The position numbers were made by a program, and so were the translations under genes. Under the pieces are notes generated by a model. It worked only from the letters and a program-made list of their open reading frames with translations. It ran no database searches and had not been told where the DNA came from. From the sequence record MW735835.1: a stretch of 64,000 nt of DNA. The stretch is one strand, 5' to 3'. Numbering within the stretch: the first letter of the stretch is position 1; every line of letters begins with the position of its first letter. This document shows positions 17,855 through 28,057 of the stretch, piece by piece.

Positions 17855-18466
17855 ATGGCTCGTAACACTCCTCCGATGAATGTCTCGGGTGCCTTCCTCC
17901 TACGTTCCCCATTTGTGGCCGACCCAGCGAAAAGCTACACGGTCACTGCCCTGCGTAGCTTCGCAGAACTGGTGGCACGTGGACAGGACCCACTCAAGCT
18001 GATCTACCTGCCCGTCAACCTCAGCGAAACCAACTACGCTGAAGACCAACTGGAAGGTGCGCTGGTTGTTGCACTGCGTGACAGCACTGGCAAGATCCTC
18101 TATGTCCCTGACACCTGGATCGACCGTTACCCGAACATGGGCAGCGTACCGTACAGTCGTCTGGTGGCTGCGATTGATCTGGGCATGTGGCCTGACGCTC
18201 GTGACCTGGACGATGTCGAACAGGCGATCAAGGAATCCATCCGGTCCAAGATCGGCGTAGACGTCGAAGTCAAGCTGACTCGCGGCATTGCCACCGACTT
18301 CGTCTCTGAGGAACGTCACGTCCAACTCACCCAAGCCCGTGAGAACGCCGTGACCAACAACGAGACCTACACCGCCACCATCATTCGCCTGTCCGATGAG
18401 ATCGCCCGTAAGGACGTTACCATCGCCGAACAAGCGGAATTGATCCAAGCCCTGGCCAACCCCTAG
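17855..18466 (+). CDS. Conserved phiKZ-like hypothetical protein
   Basis: ATG 17855 with GAGG RBS; convergent on the DnaB-like gene as in the phiKZ-like core block. Confidence 0.6.
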   Translation: MARNTPPMNVSGAFLLRSPFVADPAKSYTVTALRSFAELVARGQDPLKLIYLPVNLSETNYAEDQLEGALVVALRDSTGKILYVPDTWIDRYPNMGSVPYSRLVAAIDLGMWPDARDLDDVEQAIKESIRSKIGVDVEVKLTRGIATDFVSEERHVQLTQARENAVTNNETYTATIIRLSDEIARKDVTIAEQAELIQALANP

Positions 18467-18481
18467 AGTACCTGACAAACG

Positions 18482-18517
18482 GCATAGAGAGCAGCTCCTA
18501 GGAGCTGCTCTCTATGC
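18482..18517. terminator. Perfect 36-bp palindromic hairpin between convergent genes
   Basis: gcatagagagcagctcct|aggagctgctctctatgc. Confidence 0.75.
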
Positions 18518-18527
18518 TGCTGTGCTG

Positions 18528-20093
18528 TTACGCGGCTTCGTTCATCTCGTCGATGTCGTTCCACTGCATCCCACCACCTTGGGAATTCGGACGACCACCC
18601 ACGATCTTGTAACTCAGATCCTCCTCGAGGTCAAAGTCGTACGGCAGACCATACATCGGGCTCTCATGGAACTTCATGACGAAGTACTTGTGAGCTTCCG
18701 GTGTCGGCTCTACCACACCCCGGTGCTTGCCCCAGAGGTATTCCAGGTACGCACCATCGTTGACCACTTGCTTGTTGACGTAGAACTCCCAGTCCACTTC
18801 GGTGTCAAGCTTCTTGCACCCTTGGTAGTAACCACCACCCGGCATATCACGAATGAACTTGGTGGGGTTCATCCGCTTCTCTTCCTTGGCTTGGGTCGAG
18901 AGCTGGTGGGCAGTGACTTGCAAGATCTTCTCAGCGGCCGTGTATTCACGGGTACGCTTGTACAGGTCTTGCAGGTCGTCGCCAGTGGCGCCTTGGATAC
19001 AGCCGTCTTTGCTGAACATTGCCAGGTAATCGACAAAGGACGCGCAGACTTCGTAACCCTTGGCCTTGTACTGCTCCAGGTGCTTGATGTACTTGGCATA
19101 GGTGAACGCCGAGCCCTTGATCCGGTGAATCTCGACGAACCATCCACGGGCCTGGAGTTTCTCCATGACGTACGCAGCTGCTTCGGCTGGGTCGATGCCC
19201 TTGACGGACACTGCATAGCCCAGCTCACGCTGCTTGAGGATGACGTAGATCTTCTGGATGATGACAGGAACATCGTCCTCGGTGCTGTACAGCATGCACA
19301 GGGGCTTCTTGGTCGTGTCGAACAAGAACGGATCGTTGAACAAGCAGGTCCCGATGAACAGGTCCAGCAAGGTACCCGACTTGTTGTTGTGCGGCAAGGC
19401 GTTGACCAAGCCGAACTCACCCCGACGTCCACCGGATTGGACGCCCATCATCCGGTTCAGTGCCTTGAACGGGAACTTGATGATACCTTCTGTACTCAAG
19501 GACTTGTTCATGTCCTCGAACGCAGCGGTCACCGAGCCAATGTCGTTGAAGTTCACCGAAGTGATGAAGGCCGGGTCTACCCGTTCTTCGGTCTCCATGT
19601 CCACCGAGAGTAGGTCCTGGGCGGTTTGCAGCACGAAGCTGTCCCAGTCTTCCACATCGGCTTCGTTGAAGTTCAGGGTGTACGACGCTTTCTTGATGAT
19701 CTCGTGGAGCTTTTCGCGGTTCTTGTACCGGCGCATCTCCCGAGCAATGTCGTTGATGTGTTTCCGAATCACCGATTCATCGGCATACTTCCGGATGGCC
19801 TTTTCAAAGGCCTTGTAGGTCACATCGTCGGTCTGCACGTTCATCCGTAGACGCTGTAGCAGCATTTCCGGTTCATATCTCTGTGAACCACCGCTATTTA
19901 GCATCTCCAGTACCGTGGAGCGCAGATTCGACAGGACGTTCCGTCCTTCTCCTAGGTCACCAATGTTCTCTGGGAGCTTGATTTCCGACAGCATCTCCCG
20001 AATCACCGATGCGTTGCTCGAGCTGAATCCTTCGATTTGGCTTTCGAGATACAACATGGTGATGGATTTGACTAGGAATAACTTGATGTCCAT
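18528..20093 (-). CDS. dnaB: Replicative DnaB-like helicase (phiKZ gp118-like)
   Basis: Variant Walker A ALPHNNKS, YSTED, FVDYLAM (Walker B), VTAHQLS, LWGKHRG; lies two genes from the capsid gene. Confidence 0.8.
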   Translation of the reverse strand: MDIKLFLVKSITMLYLESQIEGFSSSNASVIREMLSEIKLPENIGDLGEGRNVLSNLRSTVLEMLNSGGSQRYEPEMLLQRLRMNVQTDDVTYKAFEKAIRKYADESVIRKHINDIAREMRRYKNREKLHEIIKKASYTLNFNEADVEDWDSFVLQTAQDLLSVDMETEERVDPAFITSVNFNDIGSVTAAFEDMNKSLSTEGIIKFPFKALNRMMGVQSGGRRGEFGLVNALPHNNKSGTLLDLFIGTCLFNDPFLFDTTKKPLCMLYSTEDDVPVIIQKIYVILKQRELGYAVSVKGIDPAEAAAYVMEKLQARGWFVEIHRIKGSAFTYAKYIKHLEQYKAKGYEVCASFVDYLAMFSKDGCIQGATGDDLQDLYKRTREYTAAEKILQVTAHQLSTQAKEEKRMNPTKFIRDMPGGGYYQGCKKLDTEVDWEFYVNKQVVNDGAYLEYLWGKHRGVVEPTPEAHKYFVMKFHESPMYGLPYDFDLEEDLSYKIVGGRPNSQGGGMQWNDIDEMNEAA

Positions 20094-20134
20094 TCTGTAG
20101 TCCCAAAACTGCTCTTTGAGAGGATGAAATTCTG

Positions 20135-20677
20135 ATGAGCAATCTCAAACTGGTCATCATGCCCGCTTGGCTCGACCTCATTAAGAAGGAGCTGGGCATC
20201 ACGTCCGATGATCTTGCGAAGTGTGAAAAGCTTTCTGGCATAGTATCGCCCCGAGATCTTTTGATTTACAAGATGCTCAATTTCCGCAGCGATGAAGTCT
20301 TCCTTCAGCTGCTGGGCGATGCGGGTTTGGCCCGTGAATTGGGCTACGATTTCGACGCAGGCTTCCCGACGCCGACGCTCGAAGAGCGTGCGTTCTGCGC
20401 CAACATGGACATCGACACTCTTATCTATGGGGCAACTTCGCTTCGTGATAAGGGTCAGCCTCTGCTGGCGGACGTCTTCATGGCGGACACCGAAGTGCTG
20501 TGCATTCGCCTGGTCCCGCAGTCTCGCGCCAGCGACGAACTGAAGGAAACCAGCGCCGGCCTGCCCGAACGCATGTTCAAGGCCGTGTTCGAACGACTGG
20601 GTCTGGAAAGAGCGGTTCAGTTCCGCGCTTTCAAACAGTATGTAAAGGAAATTCCTTTTAACCCGGTATTCTATTGA
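20135..20677 (+). CDS. Hypothetical protein between helicase and capsid genes
   Basis: ORF in the position of phiKZ gp119-like genes. Confidence 0.6.
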   Translation: MSNLKLVIMPAWLDLIKKELGITSDDLAKCEKLSGIVSPRDLLIYKMLNFRSDEVFLQLLGDAGLARELGYDFDAGFPTPTLEERAFCANMDIDTLIYGATSLRDKGQPLLADVFMADTEVLCIRLVPQSRASDELKETSAGLPERMFKAVFERLGLERAVQFRAFKQYVKEIPFNPVFY

Positions 20678-20799
20678 GACCAGTGCGGTAAAAAACTGCA
20701 ATGGTATGCAAACATGCGGAAGTACTGAGGGACGGCAATGAGAACTCAGTATGTCCGCTGTAAATCGCTGCGCGCGCAGCAAACCTCCGGAGAAACATA

Positions 20800-23040
20800 A
20801 TGAGCGTAGTAGGTAAAAAGGCTCGTACGGCCCAGGAGACCCTGGCCGCACAAGCGGACGCGATTCAGCACCGTTACGGCCAAGGCGGTTTCACTGCCAA
20901 CGGCCACATCACCGCTTCCTTCGAAAGCCTGAGCGAACTGGACCACGAGAACCTGACCGGTTCCATGGAATCCGCCGTCAAGGGCCTGGAAGCGTCGATG
21001 GAATCCCTGGGTGGCTTCGGCGACCTGACCACCGCTCAGAAGGACGCCATGGCCGTTCTGGCAGTGGCCACCGGTGACCTGGTTGGTTACCACCGCCAGG
21101 CCCTGGGCCAGAGCGACACAGGAGCGCCGAAAGGTGCCGGTTCCGTCGTTTCCGTCGAGTCGCTGGGCGACTTCGACTTCATGGACAAAGCCGTTCCGTC
21201 GATGGAAGCCTTCGACAACAGCAACCTGACCGACTTCATCGGTCTGTCCATGGTCTACAACCAGAAAGTGGCCAAGCAGGGCGAGTTCGCTGAAGCGTTC
21301 TACCGCACTGTGATCCTGACCCCGGAACAAGGCGGCGCCGACGTAACCATCCGTTCGCACCTGGTTCTGAACCACTTCCTGCACAACACCCGTGGCGACC
21401 ACGCTGACTTCAAACAGCGCCGTCTGCTCGAAGCCGCGATCAACTACAAGATCCTGGCTGACCAGAGCACCACTCTGGTTCCGGAAGTGCACAGCGGCAA
21501 CGCCGATCTGTTCGTTCCCGAGTCCAAGGTCGAGCGTCGCAACGTCGAGCTGGGCAACCGCACCGTGACCACCGCTCCGCTGCTGCTCGGCAAGCGCGTG
21601 AACCTGGTGGGCCTGGCCCAGAACACCCTGGTCAAGATCGCCGGTCAGGCGAACCAGACCGATGCCCTGGACCGCGCCGTTGGCCTGAAGTCCCTGTACC
21701 TGCAACTGGGCGACGCTGACGTTCTGTCCTTCGACGTGGAAACCATGCCGCGCGCTGCCTTCATCAAAGGCAACCAAGGTCTGGCCCGCGAGCTGGAACT
21801 GAACTTCCGCACCTCCTCGCTCCAGCTGAACGCTCACAGCGTCAACTACAAGGGCGAAGCTCTGGTCGCTCCGGTTCTGAAGCAGATCGTCGACGGTGGC
21901 TACACCGTGACCCTGTCCATGACCGTTACCGGCCAGGTCGACACCGAGAAAGGCAACGCTTCCGTGAACGCTGCCCCGATCAACGTCGAGAAGGTCGTGA
22001 ACGCCGCTGGCGAAATCCTCTCCACCACCGCTGCCGGTGTGGGCAAGGACATCGCTGATGGTCTGGCCGAACTGGCCATCATCGGCTGGGAACCGAACGC
22101 TCGTCTGTCCAACGCCAACCGCCGTCTGCGCGGTCTGCAACTGAACAGCTCCGAGTACACCGAGCGCTACCCGGTAATGCTGGGCAGCCCGCTGTCGATC
22201 CCGAGCCCGCTGGCCGAAGCTCGTGGCATGGCTGACATCGACCTGCTGGTCACCGCAGCTCGTCTGCGTAACGACAACATGGCGATCACCACCCTGCTGC
22301 GCTTCACCGACGGCCTGAGCCGCTGGCGCTTCCTGACCGACGTGGTCAACAGCGACGACCTGCTGCCGGAAGTCGAAGGTATCGCACGCTTCCTGGTGAA
22401 GCCGTGGTACCGTGAGCGTGATCTGGACCTGCGTACCCTCGTGGTATCGCTGCGTTCCTACGAGCGCGTTCAGGACGTCCAGGCTGCCCTGGCCAACGTC
22501 CTGCGTAGCGACATCCAGGACGCCATCCTGGAATCGAACTACAAGACCGCTCTGGACGCCTACACCGGCTACACCGGCGAGAAAGTGAACGTGCTGATCG
22601 GTTCCGATCCGAAGACCGCCAGCTACATCCTCCAGACCGGCGACAGCCGCACCCTGGGCGATGACATCACCTTCGAGAAGGTGTCCTCGGTTGACCAGCG
22701 CATCCGCAAGCAGATCTTCTGGACCTTCAAGCGTCCGACCGAAGGTCTCGATCCGCTGAACTGCGGTACCCACTTCTGGATTCCGGAGCTGATCTCCCAC
22801 GTGAACGTATCGCGTGACGAGACCCAGATCCGCGAGGCCATGGTGCAGCCGCGTAACCGTCACGTGAACCACCTGCCGATCTTCGGCAAGATCAACGTGA
22901 TCGGCCTGGACGAAGTGCTGTCGGAGGGCTGGGCTATCCCTGTCGCCACATTTCCCGGAGACGCCGACGACACCACCGGTCAAGACCCCGTTGGCGGGGC
23001 TGGTACCGGAAGTGATACCGGCGCTGGCACTCAGCCCTAA
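20800..23040 (+). CDS. Major capsid protein precursor (phiKZ gp120-like)
   Basis: 746 aa with very strong codon bias; S-x-E-rich N-terminal propeptide ending SMEAFD; QGEFAEAFYRTVILTP, QPRNRHVNHLPI. Confidence 0.85.
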   Translation: MSVVGKKARTAQETLAAQADAIQHRYGQGGFTANGHITASFESLSELDHENLTGSMESAVKGLEASMESLGGFGDLTTAQKDAMAVLAVATGDLVGYHRQALGQSDTGAPKGAGSVVSVESLGDFDFMDKAVPSMEAFDNSNLTDFIGLSMVYNQKVAKQGEFAEAFYRTVILTPEQGGADVTIRSHLVLNHFLHNTRGDHADFKQRRLLEAAINYKILADQSTTLVPEVHSGNADLFVPESKVERRNVELGNRTVTTAPLLLGKRVNLVGLAQNTLVKIAGQANQTDALDRAVGLKSLYLQLGDADVLSFDVETMPRAAFIKGNQGLARELELNFRTSSLQLNAHSVNYKGEALVAPVLKQIVDGGYTVTLSMTVTGQVDTEKGNASVNAAPINVEKVVNAAGEILSTTAAGVGKDIADGLAELAIIGWEPNARLSNANRRLRGLQLNSSEYTERYPVMLGSPLSIPSPLAEARGMADIDLLVTAARLRNDNMAITTLLRFTDGLSRWRFLTDVVNSDDLLPEVEGIARFLVKPWYRERDLDLRTLVVSLRSYERVQDVQAALANVLRSDIQDAILESNYKTALDAYTGYTGEKVNVLIGSDPKTASYILQTGDSRTLGDDITFEKVSSVDQRIRKQIFWTFKRPTEGLDPLNCGTHFWIPELISHVNVSRDETQIREAMVQPRNRHVNHLPIFGKINVIGLDEVLSEGWAIPVATFPGDADDTTGQDPVGGAGTGSDTGAGTQP

Positions 23041-23069
23041 TCCGTAAGGATCGGGTTGATCCACGTCCA

Positions 23070-23101
23070 CATAGAGAGGAGCCTTCGGGCTCCTCTCTAT
23101 G
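23070..23101 (+). terminator. CATAGAG...CTCTATG-family hairpin after the capsid gene
   Basis: catagagaggagcc-ttcg-ggctcctctctatg. Confidence 0.75.
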
Positions 23102-23160
23102 CTGCCTCTCTTTATTTTCCGTGTTGCCATTATAGTGCCATGTCTGCTCAACCAATTTAA

Positions 23161-23174
23161 AGCAATACATTATC
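23161..23174 (+). promoter_or_regulatory. Putative phage promoter AGCAATACATTAT
   Basis: ATACATTAT motif in AT-rich spacer upstream of the operon containing the RNAP subunit. Confidence 0.45.
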
Positions 23175-23236
23175 TAACAGAGCAAACGTGTGGTAATAAA
23201 ATACACGTGTAATTTTTTAAAGAAGAGCCATCATCT

Positions 23237-24364
23237 ATGGACGAGTTCTCGCGTATCGACCAACGCCGTAATACCGCAAAACGCACAGACACCCAGTACC
23301 ATCAGTCCAAACCGGCTCTGCCGTTTCAGAACAGAAGCGCGAACCGGATGCGGGGCGCGAGTCGCACACACGAGAACGGCATCAAAGGTGCCCCGGTCGT
23401 CACCATCTCTTATTTCAACTACATGGACCGCGATCTTCTGGTTACCACGCGAGACGGTACCAGTGTCGTTGTCTCTCCCATCGGAGATTATTCGTCGGAC
23501 GAGTTCGTTGTCTGTGTCACGCATGCCATGAGCCGTGAGGCGATGGAGCGAGCACTGGACTTCCTGCGTAATCGGACGAGTACCGAAGATCGGGAAACCT
23601 ACTACTGGATCAGGGCGTACGAGAACGCGTTGTACAACAACACGCGTCAGTCGCTCAGTGCCAGTGTCGAGTACGTCATTTATCATCGCGACATCCAGGA
23701 CGCCGCAGGGCGTTGCTATATGCCGGATGTTGATTTGCTGGTGGAGTTTCTGGCAGATCACGGAGCCGTACATCCGTTTGACAAGGTCAAGCGTGATGAG
23801 GCCATGGTGCAGTCCATTGCGCCTGGGGTGGGTGAATCGACTTTCGTCTTTATGGTGAAGTTGGTTGACAACTCCCAGCACGTGCAGCGGGCAACGCGCT
23901 ACGTCAACCTGGGTGGCGACATCTTCATGCTCCCGATCGAACGGGATCTCAACTATCAGACGGGCGTCCATGTAGTCAGTCGTTCACCGATCCGTGATGG
24001 AGAAGTGGTGACAGACATCATCGCTCGAACGTATACTTTCGAGGAGGCAGATGAGAAGCTAGGCCTACGCCGGACCATTGAGGACGCCATCCAAGGCGGG
24101 CCGCTCAATGACATGGTGAAAGCTATCATCGAACGCGAGACGACCTTGAAGAAGGTTGAGGAAGTAAAACTCCGTGGGGAGCAGGTGGGCGATGACATTA
24201 CCCTCCAGCGCCTGCGGAACGAGGGAGCCCTGTCGCGAGCCCAGCAAGATAAAGAAGCCGCGATGCGGCGCAACTATGTCGAATGGGCCAAGACGGGTGT
24301 CGCTCTGCTAGGGGCGGCAATAACCATTTATGGGATATTGTCAAAGTTAAGATCCGACAAGTGA
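23237..24364 (+). CDS. Conserved phiKZ-like hypothetical protein with C-terminal membrane anchor
   Basis: Coiled-coil-like region then GVALLGAAITIYGIL; sits between the capsid and RNAP genes. Confidence 0.65.
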   Translation: MDEFSRIDQRRNTAKRTDTQYHQSKPALPFQNRSANRMRGASRTHENGIKGAPVVTISYFNYMDRDLLVTTRDGTSVVVSPIGDYSSDEFVVCVTHAMSREAMERALDFLRNRTSTEDRETYYWIRAYENALYNNTRQSLSASVEYVIYHRDIQDAAGRCYMPDVDLLVEFLADHGAVHPFDKVKRDEAMVQSIAPGVGESTFVFMVKLVDNSQHVQRATRYVNLGGDIFMLPIERDLNYQTGVHVVSRSPIRDGEVVTDIIARTYTFEEADEKLGLRRTIEDAIQGGPLNDMVKAIIERETTLKKVEEVKLRGEQVGDDITLQRLRNEGALSRAQQDKEAAMRRNYVEWAKTGVALLGAAITIYGILSKLRSDK

Positions 24365-24374
24365 AGGCGTTCCA

Positions 24375-26021
24375 ATGGACGACAAACTATTCGAATTCAG
24401 TCACCGTAAACGCGCACCGGTTTTTAACCAGGACGTGGTGAAAGGGATTGCCTGCAAGGATGTGCCGTCGGCGCGCAAGTATGTCGATAACATCATCCGT
24501 TGCGGGGAGTCGCAGTATCCCGATGAATTCGTCTTCATCAGAAGTGAGCGTTGCAATCCTCTCGAGGAGTACAACGTCATCACTCGAGCCAGGGCTGGTA
24601 ATAATCGGATCTACGACATCGCGCGAAGTGACGTCTACCTGGTGAAGTACCTCTTCTCCTACAAGGGGAAAGAGCTGGCACCGATGTACATGTACCTGCC
24701 ATTCGTCCGGCAGGCGGGCATGCTATACATTTCCGGTAAGCAGTTTGCCATTGCACCGGTGATGGGGGATATAGCATTCGAGATCGAGGAGAATAGCATC
24801 TTCATCCGCATTCCTCGAGCGCCCATCAGTTTCAACCGTGAAGCACACACGGTGGTGATTGACGGGATTCGGGTCAAGCCGTTCGTGGTCTACTCGTTGC
24901 TGCACAACAAGGGCGGCAAGAAATCACGCAACCGTTCCGACCTGATTCGATTGGGCCATGTACACAGTTCGCTGCCGCACTACCTGTTCTGTAAGCACGG
25001 AATGTACGGCGCGTTCGAGAAGTATTGCGGTACCCGCCCCATCGTGCTGAAAGAAGAAGACTACAGCGAAGAGCAGTACCCCAACGAACATTGGGTGAAG
25101 ATCTCCTCGCTGCGCAAAGCGCCTGACGGCATCAACCCCCGTCGGCAGTACGAGCACATCGCTACCAAGCTGATCATGCTCGTGGACCGCGGTGCGTGGA
25201 CGGACCTGACCAAGTCGTTCGCCACGGGCTTCTTCTACGTGATTGACCACTTCCCAGAATTCGTGACAGAACCAGCTGAGCTGGATGATACCTGGTGGTG
25301 GAAAGTCTGGATGGCCTTCATCCTCTGGGGTGAGGGTAACAACTATGGTCGACTCGTGGACGATGTCGAGACGCACTTGAACTCTCTGGACGGCTATGTC
25401 GACCAAGAGACTGTCAAGACGCTCGCTCAGGTGAACGTGCACTGTAAAGATCTGTACGATCTCATGGCTTACATCATGCGTGAGATGAACACGATGCTGG
25501 AAAACAACCGCGGCAAGGAAGCTTGCCTGTACAACAAGCGGTTGGAAGTGCTCCGGTATCTGTTGCGTAACATCAACAACAACATGTTCGAGTTCCTGTT
25601 CAAGATCACGGGCAACAGCAAGAAGGTCCTCCAACCGAAAGAGTACGAGGACATCCTGCGCAAGTATTTCAACCCTTGGCTGATTCATGGCATCAGCTCA
25701 GCAGCTGAGCATCCTGAAGTCTCCTCGGTATCCAACCCGAGCGACAACATGTTCTTCAAGGTCACCTCGGTGATCGTGCAGCAGACTGACACGCATGGTC
25801 GTGGTAAGTCGCAGGATGCCAAGCCGATCGGCCCCACCATGTACTTGGATTCCTCCTTCGCCGAAGTCACCGGCTTCGGGGTTCTGCCCAAGTCGATGCC
25901 GATTGGTAACAATCGGTTCAACCCTTGCGTCAAGCTTGATCCGGAAACCCGCACCACGGTAGCGAGCCCGGAGCACGAGCCTGTTCTCGGCGGTGTACAA
26001 CGCCTGATTCAACGCATTTAA
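24375..26021 (+). CDS. Non-virion RNA polymerase beta-like subunit (phiKZ gp123-like)
   Basis: YLPFVRQAGMLYISGKQFAIAPV resembles the RpoB N-terminal region; size and synteny after the capsid gene match phiKZ-like phages. Confidence 0.7.
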   Translation: MDDKLFEFSHRKRAPVFNQDVVKGIACKDVPSARKYVDNIIRCGESQYPDEFVFIRSERCNPLEEYNVITRARAGNNRIYDIARSDVYLVKYLFSYKGKELAPMYMYLPFVRQAGMLYISGKQFAIAPVMGDIAFEIEENSIFIRIPRAPISFNREAHTVVIDGIRVKPFVVYSLLHNKGGKKSRNRSDLIRLGHVHSSLPHYLFCKHGMYGAFEKYCGTRPIVLKEEDYSEEQYPNEHWVKISSLRKAPDGINPRRQYEHIATKLIMLVDRGAWTDLTKSFATGFFYVIDHFPEFVTEPAELDDTWWWKVWMAFILWGEGNNYGRLVDDVETHLNSLDGYVDQETVKTLAQVNVHCKDLYDLMAYIMREMNTMLENNRGKEACLYNKRLEVLRYLLRNINNNMFEFLFKITGNSKKVLQPKEYEDILRKYFNPWLIHGISSAAEHPEVSSVSNPSDNMFFKVTSVIVQQTDTHGRGKSQDAKPIGPTMYLDSSFAEVTGFGVLPKSMPIGNNRFNPCVKLDPETRTTVASPEHEPVLGGVQRLIQRI

Positions 26022-26037
26022 TCCAGCTGGAGTCATC

Positions 26038-27963
26038 ATGAGCGATTTTGTCAACTACGTCTACGACCGCACCATCGATTACATCGAGAACCGTGCACCC
26101 GATAACCCGCTACGTGAAGAGTACGCTCGTTACATGAGCGCGCAGAACTACAACAACCGCGACATGCAAGACCTGGTGGACGTGGTAGCCACCATCGCGG
26201 ACAACGAAGTCCGTGGCGCTCGCAACGACCGCGAGGCCGAAGCCATCGTACGCGATATCGTCACCCTGGTGATCGATGCGCACGTGGGTCACTTCGGTAT
26301 CTCCGATCAGCGCATCGCCAATGCGGTAAGCGACGACGTCTACCAGGACATGCGTCGTGCCAATGCCAAGTGGGAAGAGATCATCGGTCGTCTGACTGGC
26401 CGTGGTCGTGGCATGGGCGGTAGCCGCAGCAGCTTCGGTGGTGGTCGCAGCAGCGGCGGCCGCAGTGTGTTCGAGACCGATCGTGGTTCCTTCGGTTCCG
26501 GCCGGGGTGGCAGCATCTTCGGTGATCGTGAGCAGCCGGATGAGCGTGCCAGCAACAGCGTCTTTGGCGGTGGCCGTAGCTCGCAGCGTCCGCAGCGCAG
26601 CAGCAGCCCGGTGTTCCAGAACGCTGAAGAGCGCGGTACCCAGCAGCGCAGCAGCTGGGCAGGTGGTGGTCGTCAGGAAGAACAACGCCAGGGGCAACGC
26701 CGCGAAGAACCGGCACCGGCTCAGAGCGCTCGCCAAGAAGAGCGTAAAGAAGACGGCCCGGACATGACCAAAGATCGTCCGTACGACGATTTCTGGATCA
26801 ACGGCGAGAATTGGCAGATCGCTCACCGCTCCAAGTTCGTCTGGACCTGGAGTCCGAAACAACAAACCCGCCGTGCCTACGATCCGGATAACGAAGTTCG
26901 TTTCCTGGTCAAGGGGAAAGACGGCCTTGTCCGCGAGGAGTTCATCGCAATGACCGACGATTTGGTCGAATCCGCTCACGAGATCCGTGAACAGCAGCGC
27001 CCCAACCGCACCCGCCACACCATCGACCGTGTCGACGGTGACGCCATGTTCGTCGGCAGCGATCCCGACGCCGTGGACCTGAACGCGCTGGGCGAAACCC
27101 TGAAGCTGGCCCGCAAGGAATTCCTGGCCGAGCTGGAAGTCAGCAACCCGACCATCATTGGTCAGGGCACCTCCGTGAGCAACCTGGAAGAAGCCATCGT
27201 TCGTGTGGCCGGTGAAGCCCACCGTTCCGACACCGACGTTACTTCGGTGAACACCATCCAGGGCATCATGCTCCCGGCTGACCAAGTCACCATGGAAGCG
27301 CTGGATTCCATCAAGTCCATCGGGCAATCCGACGGCGATCTGCTGATCCTCCAGAAGCGCCTGAAGTCGCTGCGCGGCACCATGGCGGAAAACGTGCTGA
27401 CCTACCTGGACAAGCACTTCACCGGTGAAGTCAACGCGGCTCTGCGCGATCAGTTCGGCATGCCGAAGCTGAACATCGACAGCTTCATCGACGACTTCGA
27501 AGATCTGCTCAACTGCAAGGCGTTCCAGAAGCACGGCACCGCCTACTCCAGCCAGTTCCTCAGCCGTACCCGGGTTCTCCTGGCGTCGCTGCACTACATG
27601 ACCGAGGCCGACCAACGTGCCGAGTTCCTGGACTGTGCCGACATGCTGCCGGCAGGCGAGAACGACCCGGAGGTCTTCACCGAGTTCCGCAAGAACGTGG
27701 TGGTGATCTTCAAACCGCTGGCGATGGTACACATCAAGCTGGACAGCGACCAACTCGGCTTCGTCAACGACGAGGTTCGTGTGCCGCAGCGTAGCGGCAA
27801 GGGCGCAGATCCGGCCATGGCCGAAGCTCTGAACGTGCTGTACACCATCGGTCGTAAGACCAGTGGCGCTGGTCATGTCTACCTGGTATCCGCTGACAAC
27901 ATCTGCTTCGAGCTGGTGCCGATCAGTGGTGCACGTGACATCATCGGCATCCGTACTGCCTAA
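26038..27963 (+). CDS. Conserved jumbo-phage protein with an RG/RS-rich disordered segment
   Basis: 641-aa ORF with strong codon bias; low-complexity G/R/S then Q/E/R region. Confidence 0.65.
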   Translation: MSDFVNYVYDRTIDYIENRAPDNPLREEYARYMSAQNYNNRDMQDLVDVVATIADNEVRGARNDREAEAIVRDIVTLVIDAHVGHFGISDQRIANAVSDDVYQDMRRANAKWEEIIGRLTGRGRGMGGSRSSFGGGRSSGGRSVFETDRGSFGSGRGGSIFGDREQPDERASNSVFGGGRSSQRPQRSSSPVFQNAEERGTQQRSSWAGGGRQEEQRQGQRREEPAPAQSARQEERKEDGPDMTKDRPYDDFWINGENWQIAHRSKFVWTWSPKQQTRRAYDPDNEVRFLVKGKDGLVREEFIAMTDDLVESAHEIREQQRPNRTRHTIDRVDGDAMFVGSDPDAVDLNALGETLKLARKEFLAELEVSNPTIIGQGTSVSNLEEAIVRVAGEAHRSDTDVTSVNTIQGIMLPADQVTMEALDSIKSIGQSDGDLLILQKRLKSLRGTMAENVLTYLDKHFTGEVNAALRDQFGMPKLNIDSFIDDFEDLLNCKAFQKHGTAYSSQFLSRTRVLLASLHYMTEADQRAEFLDCADMLPAGENDPEVFTEFRKNVVVIFKPLAMVHIKLDSDQLGFVNDEVRVPQRSGKGADPAMAEALNVLYTIGRKTSGAGHVYLVSADNICFELVPISGARDIIGIRTA

Positions 27964-28057
27964 TAGGCACTGACGGGTAATAGGTGGGGGCCTTCGGGCC
28001 CCCATTTATTATGACACAGTTCCTTTTTCTTTTTTCTCCCTTTAGGCAGAACCGGTT

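Noticed and set aside
18528-20093. Inactive helicase, because Walker A reads ALPHNNKS rather than GxxxxGKT
   Set aside because: The Lys-Ser, Walker B and downstream motifs are intact, and divergent P-loops are expected in phiKZ-like DnaB proteins.
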